A stretch of DNA of 64,000 bases from an uncultured archaeon. Lineage in GTDB: Archaea > Thermoplasmatota > Thermoplasmata > Thermoplasmatales > Thermoplasmataceae. Both the position numbers and the translations under genes were made by a program. Position 1 is the stretch's first letter, and every line of letters starts with the position of its first letter. The DNA lies in NCBI GenBank assembly GCA_000965745.1, contig CP009479.1, forward strand, positions 384,001 through 448,000, written 5' to 3'. Under the pieces are notes generated by a model. It was given only the letters and a program-made list of their open reading frames with translations. It made no database searches and had not been told where the DNA came from. This document shows, piece after piece, positions 9,239 through 17,499 of the stretch.

Positions 9239-11113
9239 ATGGATAAATATTTTGAAGGGGGAATAAGAAGTATGCGAGAAATGGGCTTTTCTGAACTTAT
9301 CAATGCACGAAAGGTCCTATCCAGGCCCATAATCGAACTGCCCATAAGAAATGAGGAGAGGCTATTCTATCATCCTGAAAAAAGGCTCAAAAGGTTCACC
9401 GGACGAACTGCAATTGCCTATGCCATAATACCGGATAGCGAAAGAGGCAAGTTCAGGAGAGAAGAATGCTCTCCCAAAGCCTCTTCCCTCATGGACTACA
9501 TTCTCCATAAGGGAAACAGGAACGTGTCAATAACAGGAGTATCAGGGCAGGGTAAGAGCTATCTTACCACGCACCTAATATCGATATTCAGGGACAAGGA
9601 GACAATCATATTCTCATTCAAGCCGAATGATCATGAACTGCATCTTGGGATTCCGGTTGTGGATGCAAAGGAATGCCTACCCAACCCCTTCAGGGATGTA
9701 AACGCCTTCTCCGAGTCATACATTACCGCATTCTTCGGTGAGAAGACCTCATCGGGCATACAGCTTCAGCAAACTCCTGGATTCCTGCAGGAGATCGCCT
9801 CTGAAAGCAATACCTGGAAAGACTTCATGAAAAAACTCTTGGAAAGGAAGAGATCCGCATCCAAGAATCAGGTTGAGGCTCTGAACGCAATTGAGCAGAA
9901 TGTAAAGAGCCTGATCATTGACAATATGGGAAGCGTGGTCCTGGACAATGGGAGCATCGTTTTTGACTTCTCATCCCTCCCAACGAAACAGGCGCAGAAT
10001 TTCTATGCCGAGCTAATGCTGAGGCAGATATACAGGGAAATGGAAGAGCGCAAGAGGGACGACGTTCTCATTCTGATAGACGAAGCTCATCGATTGACCA
10101 AGTCCTACCATACAATCCTTGATGTCATGTCCAGGGAGATAAGGGACAAGGGAATGCTCTGGATAATCACACAGAATCTTATCGACATACTGCCAGAAAT
10201 GAGGGCGAATTTCGGTACAAAGTTCACTTTCAGGTTAGGAGATGCCGACCTTAACATGCTTTCATACAACCCACTTATGAGATACGCTGTCGAAATACTG
10301 CAACCTAGGCAGTTCATAGACATAGAGTTCCCTGAAGGATCGTCATTCTCGCCGGTCTTCACCTACGTTTCGAATGGCCTTGAGCACAAGGAGACGCAAA
10401 AGGTCGCAGCGGTGGTATCTGAACCAAAGAGGGAAGTGGGAGTCGGAGGGAGAGGGGAGATTACCGACTACAGGAGGGAGGCCCTAGAAATCCTCAGCGA
10501 GAAAATGTCCTATGCAACTGAACCAAAGAGGGAAGTGGGAGTCGGAGGGAGAGGGGAGATTACCGACTACAGGAGGGAGGCCCTAGAAATCCTCAGCGAG
10601 AAAATGTCCTATGCAACCGAAATGGGAAAGATAATAGCCGAGAAATACGGCATCACAAAGGACCAAGCCAAACTCAGGCTGAAATCAGCACTTGAGGAAC
10701 TGAAGAACAACAACGAAGTTGGCAGAGTTAAGTATCTCAGGGATGGAAAGCCAATAGTTATGTATTATTCCAAGAGCCCAAATCTCTCCAATCTACATAC
10801 TGGAATGCAGAGCCAGGTAGTCGGAATCCTGAACGATTTGGGAGTGAGCATCAACAGGATATCCACCACCGGAGAAAGAAGCGCATTTGACATTGAAACC
10901 GACTTCTTCATGGTCGAGATTGAGACAGGCCTGAAGCACAGCATGGAAGACCTGAAGGATAGGATAAAAAGCACTAACCTTCGTGTAATAGTAATAGTGC
11001 CTAACAAAGAGCTGGTAGACAAATACAAGGATCTAGGAGAGAATGTGTCAGTGCTAACAATAGACTCTCTGGCCACTGAGATTGCTGAGCCACTGCATTC
11101 AGATAACTCCTAG
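9239..11113 (+). CDS. HerA/FtsK/VirB4-like P-loop ATPase with C-terminal wHTH-like and PD-(D/E)XK-like domains
   Basis: Walker A GVSGQGKS, Walker B LILIDEAH, REIRDKG..LWIITQ. C-terminal AFDIETDFFMVEIETG resembles a nuclease motif. Confidence 0.8.
   Translation: MDKYFEGGIRSMREMGFSELINARKVLSRPIIELPIRNEERLFYHPEKRLKRFTGRTAIAYAIIPDSERGKFRREECSPKASSLMDYILHKGNRNVSITGVSGQGKSYLTTHLISIFRDKETIIFSFKPNDHELHLGIPVVDAKECLPNPFRDVNAFSESYITAFFGEKTSSGIQLQQTPGFLQEIASESNTWKDFMKKLLERKRSASKNQVEALNAIEQNVKSLIIDNMGSVVLDNGSIVFDFSSLPTKQAQNFYAELMLRQIYREMEERKRDDVLILIDEAHRLTKSYHTILDVMSREIRDKGMLWIITQNLIDILPEMRANFGTKFTFRLGDADLNMLSYNPLMRYAVEILQPRQFIDIEFPEGSSFSPVFTYVSNGLEHKETQKVAAVVSEPKREVGVGGRGEITDYRREALEILSEKMSYATEPKREVGVGGRGEITDYRREALEILSEKMSYATEMGKIIAEKYGITKDQAKLRLKSALEELKNNNEVGRVKYLRDGKPIVMYYSKSPNLSNLHTGMQSQVVGILNDLGVSINRISTTGERSAFDIETDFFMVEIETGLKHSMEDLKDRIKSTNLRVIVIVPNKELVDKYKDLGENVSVLTIDSLATEIAEPLHSDNS
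10419..10617 (+). repeat. Perfect 99-bp in-frame tandem duplication
   Basis: 10419-10517 is identical to 10518-10616 and encodes EPKREVGVGGRGEITDYRREALEILSEKMSYAT twice. Confidence 0.95.
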
Positions 11114-11194
11114 AATCGTTAGGGCTCCTATTGCGACTATGATGCAAAGAGCAATAATGCCTATCCCCACTACAACTTTTCCAGTGTTTGACAT
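11099..11194 (-). CDS. 31-aa single-TM peptide (not in ORF track)
   Basis: Manual translation gives MSNTGKVVVGIGIIALCIIVAIGALTILGVI*. It is divergent from parA. Confidence 0.5.
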   Translation of the reverse strand: MSNTGKVVVGIGIIALCIIVAIGALTILGVI

Positions 11195-11238
11195 AGTATT
11201 ATCGGCATGTGAAAAAAGTTAAGCTTATCCTCAATTAA

Positions 11239-11273
11239 GTTAACCGCTAACCGTTATTCCGAGCGGGTTAACC
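11239..11273. promoter_or_regulatory. Candidate centromere/operator repeats upstream of parA (GTTAACCGCTAACCG; GGTTAACC)
   Basis: The same motif recurs at 12654-12712, just after the par operon. Confidence 0.55.
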
Positions 11274-11305
11274 ATAAACTTATAATTCTTTGCAAACAAG
11301 CTTGA

Positions 11306-12064
11306 ATGATGATCATCTCTATCGCCAACCAGAAAGGAGGTTGCGGAAAGACAACTACTGCAGCAAATCTTGGAGCATTGCTAGCGAAGAAACACAGGGT
11401 GCTCCTGGTTGACATCGACCCACAGGGAAATCTTACCACTCATTTTGGAATCAACAAGGCGGAACAGAAGCACACCATATACGATGTGATGCTCGATGGC
11501 AGGATTGAGGAAGCAATTATCCGAAAGGATGGAGTCGACATCGTGCCGAGCACCATTGACCTGGCCGGGGCCGAGGTGGAGCTAACCGGAAAGATAGGGA
11601 GAGAGTATATTCTGGATAACGAACTCAAAAGAATCGCCAGGAAATACGACTATGTAATCATAGACACCCCGCCCAGTCTGGGAATATTCACCATCAACTC
11701 GCTTGTTGCATCTGACTATGTGCTCATACCCGTGCAGGCTGAATTCTTCGCTTTGGAAGGTTTGACGCAACTCATGAGAGTCGTAGAACTCGTGAATTCA
11801 AGGCTCTCAAGAAACCTGAAACTGCTTGGAATGGTAGTAACTATGTTCAATTCCAGGACAAGGTCATCCAAAGAGGTCCTTGAGGAGGTCAGGAAACACT
11901 ATACAAAGAACCTGCTTAAGACAGTTATACCTAGGAATGTGACAATAACCGATTCCACCATGGCTGGCTCTCCTGTAGTGAGATATAGGAAATCTGCTCC
12001 TGCATCAAAGTCATATATGGCGCTTGCAAATGAAATTCAGAAAAAGCTAAAGGTGTCAAAGTGA
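11306..12064 (+). CDS. parA: ParA/Soj-family partition ATPase
   Basis: Deviant Walker A NQKGGCGKTTT, DIDPQGNLT, IIDTPPSLG and PVQAEFFALEG. Confidence 0.95.
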   Translation: MMIISIANQKGGCGKTTTAANLGALLAKKHRVLLVDIDPQGNLTTHFGINKAEQKHTIYDVMLDGRIEEAIIRKDGVDIVPSTIDLAGAEVELTGKIGREYILDNELKRIARKYDYVIIDTPPSLGIFTINSLVASDYVLIPVQAEFFALEGLTQLMRVVELVNSRLSRNLKLLGMVVTMFNSRTRSSKEVLEEVRKHYTKNLLKTVIPRNVTITDSTMAGSPVVRYRKSAPASKSYMALANEIQKKLKVSK

Positions 12065-12396
12065 AAGACCCTATAATGAGACTTAGACAAATTCAAGGGG
12101 AGGTCTATAAACTCCATTTAGATATGGTAAAGGCAGGTGGCGGATATGATAAACTTGCCGATTACATAATCAAACAGTCACAGGGAAAGAACTCTGAACA
12201 AGACCCTACTTTACATCTTGCTGCCGTTACACATAGCATTTTAGGGCTCATAGCAGACTATAGCAAGTTTCTGAAAGCATACGACGAAGAGCATAGGAAC
12301 CCAAACGACCCGAAATTTGTAGGAAGCGTGGGAAATTTAGTATTTTTCGCGAAGAAAGGTTGGCCTCCAAAATTCAAGGTAAGAAAGGTGAAATAA
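12061..12396 (+). CDS. Hypothetical protein in the par operon
   Basis: GTGA overlap with the parA stop and an AGGTG SD upstream; 111 aa. Confidence 0.6.
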   Translation: MKDPIMRLRQIQGEVYKLHLDMVKAGGGYDKLADYIIKQSQGKNSEQDPTLHLAAVTHSILGLIADYSKFLKAYDEEHRNPNDPKFVGSVGNLVFFAKKGWPPKFKVRKVK

Positions 12397-12668
12397 TGGC
12401 AGATATGAAGAAAAGAGGTTTAGACAGTCTAATATCACAGAACTCACACTCTGATTCCGAGGCAAATAGTCCAGAGGAGAGATTCACAAAGACGGTAGGC
12501 TTCAAAGTAACCGAGAAGCAGTACGAAACTTACAAAAGATACTCAAAGTACTTTGGTTCCAACGACCTCATAAAGAAATGGCGTTCAGACCTTGACAGAA
12601 TAGAACAGGAGAAAGGCAAGGACATGGAAAGCGTGGAAACTGAGATCAGAAAACGGTTAACGAAGTGA
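12396..12668 (+). CDS. Putative ParA partner: ParB-like N-terminal peptide plus ribbon-helix-helix
   Basis: Likely start is MADMKKRGLDSLIS after an AGGTGA SD. TKTVGFKVTEKQYETYKRY follows an RHH strand-helix pattern. Confidence 0.6.
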   Translation: MADMKKRGLDSLISQNSHSDSEANSPEERFTKTVGFKVTEKQYETYKRYSKYFGSNDLIKKWRSDLDRIEQEKGKDMESVETEIRKRLTK

Positions 12669-12712
12669 TGGTTAACTGCTAACGTAAAGTTCTAAAACCT
12701 TAGACGGTTAAC
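12654..12712. promoter_or_regulatory. Second cluster of GGTTAAC repeats (candidate centromere)
   Basis: CGGTTAAC at 12654, GGTTAACTGCTAAC at 12670 and ACGGTTAAC at 12704. Confidence 0.55.
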
Positions 12713-12753
12713 AAGGTAAGGCATTTTATGCCTCAGGCAATAGAGGGAGCAGA

Positions 12754-13179
12754 ATGGCATTCTCAAGTGGATTTACACGGTGGATTCCGTTAATAATAGT
12801 GGCGGTTGTTGACTTCTTGATCTTCATCTCAGTTTTCTATTTTGTACCCAGTACATCTCCATATTACACACCGCTTTACTACCTCGTTGACTTTTTGTCT
12901 TTCTTCGCTGTAATTATTGCTTGGCAATCCATCAGATCTGCTAGAAGAGTAGTTTACAAGACTAATCGCAGATTTATTTACAGCACAATAGAGGATGATT
13001 CCGACACAGACGAATACAAGCAGAAACTAAAGGAAGCTTCCGACCTCTACCTTCAGGGGGGAATAAACTCCGATGAGGAGTTCTTCACAGTATTAGGCGA
13101 GCATACACCAAAGGAAGAGCGTATTTTCCGCGCCCTAAAGGGGGCAAGACAAGAATTTGGAAAAATGGGCAGGAGATAA
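12754..13179 (+). CDS. Hypothetical protein with two N-terminal TM helices
   Basis: 141-aa ORF with a GAGGGAG SD-like motif, hydrophobic N-terminus and charged C-terminal domain. Confidence 0.7.
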   Translation: MAFSSGFTRWIPLIIVAVVDFLIFISVFYFVPSTSPYYTPLYYLVDFLSFFAVIIAWQSIRSARRVVYKTNRRFIYSTIEDDSDTDEYKQKLKEASDLYLQGGINSDEEFFTVLGEHTPKEERIFRALKGARQEFGKMGRR

Positions 13180-13181
13180 TT

Positions 13182-13352
13182 ATGAAAGAGCACCAAGCAA
13201 GGACGCACCAGTGCGAGATCTGTAAACTCCATTATAACAGTAAGGGCGATGCTGAAAAGTGCCAGGAATGGTGCAGTCAGCACAACTCGTGCAACCTTGA
13301 GATAACATCAACGTCCATTGAGGCTGTGAAAAGCAGGCATGTGCCATCCTGA
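13182..13352 (+). CDS. 56-aa Cys/His-rich Zn-finger-like protein (not in ORF track)
   Basis: MKEHQARTHQCEICKLHYNSKGDAEKCQEWCSQHNSCNLEITSTSIEAVKSRHVPS*, with an AGGAG SD at 13171. Confidence 0.7.
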   Translation: MKEHQARTHQCEICKLHYNSKGDAEKCQEWCSQHNSCNLEITSTSIEAVKSRHVPS

Positions 13353-13359
13353 TTCTGCT

Positions 13360-13436
13360 GTCACTAAACTTGTAATTTTAGTAACGCCACTAAACACTGG
13401 ATTTTAATAACATATGTGTCCCTAAATTCTATGACT
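13360..13436. promoter_or_regulatory. res-like site with two clear and one weaker dyad subsites upstream of the resolvase
   Basis: GTCACTAAA-N8-TTTAGTAAC (13360-13385), GCCACTAAA-N8-TTTAATAAC (13386-13411), GTCCCTAAA (13418-13426). Confidence 0.6.
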
Positions 13437-13439
13437 TAA

Positions 13440-14045
13440 ATGACGCTCGTTTTCGCCTACGTTCGAGCCAGCACCCAAGAGGAGGTCAGGCAAGGCTCAA
13501 ATGAGAGGCAGAAGGACGTAATCAGGGAGTACGTGAAATCCAAGGCCTACGAACTGGAATTCTTTGAAGACAGGGCCAAATCTGGGAAGAACACCCAGAG
13601 GCCGGACTTCGAGAGGATGCTGAAATCCCTTGATAATAAGCCCAAGGTGGTCATTGTGGCAAAGATAGACAGGTTTGCCCGCTCCTTATCGGATCTGCTG
13701 AGAATGCTTGAATATCTGGACCAGAAGGGCATAGGATTCATCAGCGTCAACGACCCAGGCATTGATACCACCACACCCAATGGAAGGCTCCTGCTGCAAA
13801 TTCTGGGCGCATTCGCTGAATTTGAGAGGAACATGATAAATTCCAGGACCAAAGCAGGAAGGGAACAGGCGATGAATCGAGGAGTTAAATTCGGCAGACC
13901 AGCACTGAAAACAAGGAATGGCAGCTTCCTGGACAGGAGGAGAGTCATTGAATTGAAGGAGAAAGGCCTGTCTGCCAGAGCCATAGCAAAGTCCATGGAA
14001 TGCTCCGTTACACCAATACTGAGAATCCTAAAGGAGGTCTACTAA
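13440..14045 (+). CDS. Small serine recombinase (resolvase/invertase family)
   Basis: YVRAST (catalytic Ser), KIDRFARS, AFAEFER, GVKFGRP and a C-terminal HTH. Confidence 0.93.
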   Translation: MTLVFAYVRASTQEEVRQGSNERQKDVIREYVKSKAYELEFFEDRAKSGKNTQRPDFERMLKSLDNKPKVVIVAKIDRFARSLSDLLRMLEYLDQKGIGFISVNDPGIDTTTPNGRLLLQILGAFAEFERNMINSRTKAGREQAMNRGVKFGRPALKTRNGSFLDRRRVIELKEKGLSARAIAKSMECSVTPILRILKEVY

Positions 14046-14057
14046 TTCTCAGTGAAA

Positions 14058-14239
14058 GAGAGAGAGTCGCCGAACGCGTGAGCGCTCTTATTATATAATA
14101 TATACCTGATACAATGAACATTACATATTAAAAAAATGGAATTTTCCTTAATTTTTAAAGCTTGAAACGAACAAAGAACAATCCACTTGTTTTCTGACAC
14201 TCTCTCTCCAAAATCAATAACGACTGTTCTGCGACACTC
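14058..14239. other. Candidate replication origin of the element: inverted initiator-binding boxes flanking an AT-rich stretch
   Basis: GAGAGAGAGTCGCCGAAC (14058-14075) is inverted relative to TTTCTGACACTCTCTCTC (14191-14208) and GTTCTGCGACACTC (14226-14239). An AT-rich tract (~14088-14160) lies between them, directly upstream of cdc6. Confidence 0.6.
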
Positions 14240-14278
14240 AATGATTCGACTCGTTCGTTACTTTTAATAATCTTACCA

Positions 14279-15391
14279 GTGAAGCATGATTGTGCAGGTG
14301 ATCCAATGGCAATGAAAGATCCCTATGCATTCTTCGACACCAAGGTTAAGCAGAGGGCAAAGGAGACAAGCAACATAAAGAATGCCATCCTCTTTGACAT
14401 GGACTACAAGCCAAACCAGATTCTAATCAGAAAGGAGCTCGACAAGGTAACAGATGACTTAGCTGATTATGTGAACCTGCACCTGCCAAGGCACATAATC
14501 ATATACGGTTCCAAGGGGTCAGGTAAGACGCTCAGCGCCTTGATTATGGCCAGGGCCCTGAAAGAGAGCAAATCTGTGCCATATTACTACATAAACGTGA
14601 GGGAGAACCCGACATCCATCAAGGCATACCGCTACCTCACGAGAGTATCAAGCCGTGGGCACGACATAGAGGAGGTCGAGAGGAGATTCGACCAGATGCT
14701 TGAGGGAAAGTCTATCGTAATACTGGATGAAGTGGACTTCCTGCAGGACTTTGACATCCTATATCACGTCACGAGGCACACCAAGGCAAATCTTATACTG
14801 CTGACCCAGAAGGTCTACTGGTACAAGGACATGAATGATGAGAGCGTCAAGAGCTCGCTTCAGCCGGACCACATAGTATTCCACGAGTACAACGCCGAAG
14901 AAATGCGAGAGATCCTGAAGATGAGGGCCGAGGAGGGCCTTAATGGATTTGACAAGGATGCCTTGGGGCTTCTCTCTGCCATGCTGGTGAGGGAATACAG
15001 GAGCGATGCAAGAATTGGAATAAAGGCCCTGGAAATTCTCGGAAGGATAAACAAATGGACTGATGAAGCTGTAAGAGCAGCACTGAGACAGGCGTATGTT
15101 GAAGTGGAAGGGGAAACCCTGAGGAACCTTGGAGACAGGGATTTAATCATTCTCGCCTCATTGATCAAGAATCAGGACACAAACAAGGCCTACGCAGAGG
15201 TGACCAATGTCAACAACTTCCTGGTAAAGGGAATGAGCAAGTCTACATTCTTCCAGAGTGTCAACTACTTGCAGAATCTTGGTCTTGTCACACTGATCAA
15301 GAAAAAGATTGGTCGATACTACACAATGGAGTCGCAAATTTTATTATCCGATGCGTCGATTGTATCTGTCGAGCTGAAAAAAAGACTTTAG
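14279..15391 (+). CDS. cdc6: Cdc6/Orc1-like replication initiator (element-borne, divergent)
   Basis: DYKPNQILIRKEL, Walker A GSKGSGKT, ILDEVDFL, YNAEEMREILKMRA, DARIGI and a C-terminal wH domain. Likely start is ~14306 after a CAGGTGA SD. Confidence 0.85.
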   Translation: MKHDCAGDPMAMKDPYAFFDTKVKQRAKETSNIKNAILFDMDYKPNQILIRKELDKVTDDLADYVNLHLPRHIIIYGSKGSGKTLSALIMARALKESKSVPYYYINVRENPTSIKAYRYLTRVSSRGHDIEEVERRFDQMLEGKSIVILDEVDFLQDFDILYHVTRHTKANLILLTQKVYWYKDMNDESVKSSLQPDHIVFHEYNAEEMREILKMRAEEGLNGFDKDALGLLSAMLVREYRSDARIGIKALEILGRINKWTDEAVRAALRQAYVEVEGETLRNLGDRDLIILASLIKNQDTNKAYAEVTNVNNFLVKGMSKSTFFQSVNYLQNLGLVTLIKKKIGRYYTMESQILLSDASIVSVELKKRL

Positions 15392-15405
15392 TAACGTTCA
15401 ATAAC

Positions 15406-17499
15406 ATGGTGTTTTATATGGTTGATTCTTTGATGGAAAAAGGTGACCAAACTCAAAGAGGTGGCAATGGGCAAAGGAGATCATTAATCGAGGAGTTGCC
15501 AAGAATAGTCGACAGAGGAAAGAAGGAGGCACAGAAAATTCTTGATGGGCTTTCTAAGTCCCAGAGAGTAACTCTTCAGACAAACGAATTGGTGCTGCCT
15601 ACAAAGGCCATCGGAGGGCTGACCAAGTTTACGGGGCAGACTGTAAGGACGGAAGATAACAGTGAATTTCTTAATCGACTCATATACGGTGATAATCTGT
15701 TTGCCATGCAGGCACTTTTAGCAGGCGATCCTGAAACAGGACTTCCGTCAATGAGAGGCAGGATCGACCTGATTTATATTGATCCGCCCTTTGACAGCAA
15801 GGCGGATTATAGGACAAAAATACATCTTCCTTCCGTAGACATTGAGCAAAAACCATCGGTAATAGAACAATTCGCATACTCTGATACTTGGAAAGACGGG
15901 ACAAAGTCTTATCTGGAGATGATCGCCCCCAGATTGGTTCTAATGAAAGAACTACTGAGTGAAAAGGGTTCAATCTACGTGCATATAGATTGGCATGTTG
16001 GACATTATGTAAAAGTAATAATGGACGATATCTTCCAAAAGGAAAATTTCATAAATGAGGTTGTTTGGAAAAGAACAAGTGCTCATAGCGATTCTGGTAG
16101 ATATGGAATCAATAGTGACTACATATTATTCTATACAAAAACTTCTGAAAGGATCTGGAATCAGCAATACGAACCATATTCAGAAGAATACCTTGCGAGG
16201 TTCAGAAATGTTGACCCTGATGGGCGTAAATGGCAGGACGGACCGATAACGGCTAAAGGATTACAGGGAGGTGGTTATTCCTATGAATATAAAGGGGCCT
16301 ATGGCTACTGGAGGTGTCCTAAATCAACCATGGAAAGACTTGACAAGGAGAACCGGTTGTATTTCACCAAGAATGGTGGGATTAGGATAAAGAGGTATCT
16401 GGACGAAACTCCGGGAATACCTATGCAGACCATTTGGACGGACGTTTTTGCTGTCAATTCTCAAGCTCATGAAAGGGTAGATTATGTTACCCAAAAGCCG
16501 GAATCATTGCTGGACAGAATAGTAAAAACATCATCTGATGAGGGTTCTATTATCGCAGATTTCTTTGCAGGTTCTGGAACATTAGGAGCAGTGGCAGAGA
16601 AACTTCGAAGAAAATGGATTATGTGCGATTTAGGTAGACCTGCAAGTATGATCTCTCGAAAACGTCTTATCGACCAGGATTCCGGACCATTCCTCTACCA
16701 AACTATTGGAGACTACCAGAAAGAACAGTTTGAAAGATCGCAATTCAGACGTATAGGAGACCTTGCCCATGTTGTGATCAACCTATACGGTGCGCTTCCA
16801 TTTCCGATGCAAGAAGGTACCCCCACTAATCTTGGCTACATCAAACAGAGTAAGACTTTGGTGTTTGTTGACTCTCCCACAAAAATCACTGGTTATGCTA
16901 CTCTTAAAAGGGCCCAAGAGCTCAGAGCCTCCTTCATGGGAGGATGGAGCAGAATAGTTGTTCTGGGTTGGAACTTCGAAACGGATATTGGTAAAATCAT
17001 AGACGGCATAAACGATGATAAGCTCGAAGTACTGGTGATTCCCCCAGACTTGTTGGAGAAGTTAAAACACAAGGCTGACTACGAGAAACTCATAAAAGAA
17101 GGGAGCGTAAGATTCAGTTCTTTACAATACCTTGCTGTCAGACCAGTTATCAAAAAATTAGCAGATGACGACACGGAGGAGTTGACAATTGAACTTGAGA
17201 ATTATGTTCTTCTTTCCCCAGATGCATTACCACTTGACAAGGCAGACAAGGACAAACTCGAAAAGATCATAGAAGAGGATCCTTTGAGTCTCGTTGAATA
17301 CTGGAGCATTGACCCAGAATATGATGGAGAGATGTTCAGGAGCAAATGGCAGGATTACCGGGAAAACCATGAAGAGTCCGCTAAGGTGGACCGAAAGGTA
17401 AAACTCCTTGTCCCCAAGATTAATGGAAAAAGAAAGGTCTGCGTGAAAGCAGTTGATGTATTCGGATTCGAGAGCGTGACCGTTAAAGAGGTATTTTGA
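15406..17499 (+). CDS. mod: Type III R-M methyltransferase subunit (N6-adenine)
   Basis: LIYGDNL, IYIDPPF catalytic motif, TQKPESLL and DFFAGSGT SAM-binding motif. Confidence 0.9.
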   Translation: MVFYMVDSLMEKGDQTQRGGNGQRRSLIEELPRIVDRGKKEAQKILDGLSKSQRVTLQTNELVLPTKAIGGLTKFTGQTVRTEDNSEFLNRLIYGDNLFAMQALLAGDPETGLPSMRGRIDLIYIDPPFDSKADYRTKIHLPSVDIEQKPSVIEQFAYSDTWKDGTKSYLEMIAPRLVLMKELLSEKGSIYVHIDWHVGHYVKVIMDDIFQKENFINEVVWKRTSAHSDSGRYGINSDYILFYTKTSERIWNQQYEPYSEEYLARFRNVDPDGRKWQDGPITAKGLQGGGYSYEYKGAYGYWRCPKSTMERLDKENRLYFTKNGGIRIKRYLDETPGIPMQTIWTDVFAVNSQAHERVDYVTQKPESLLDRIVKTSSDEGSIIADFFAGSGTLGAVAEKLRRKWIMCDLGRPASMISRKRLIDQDSGPFLYQTIGDYQKEQFERSQFRRIGDLAHVVINLYGALPFPMQEGTPTNLGYIKQSKTLVFVDSPTKITGYATLKRAQELRASFMGGWSRIVVLGWNFETDIGKIIDGINDDKLEVLVIPPDLLEKLKHKADYEKLIKEGSVRFSSLQYLAVRPVIKKLADDDTEELTIELENYVLLSPDALPLDKADKDKLEKIIEEDPLSLVEYWSIDPEYDGEMFRSKWQDYRENHEESAKVDRKVKLLVPKINGKRKVCVKAVDVFGFESVTVKEVF

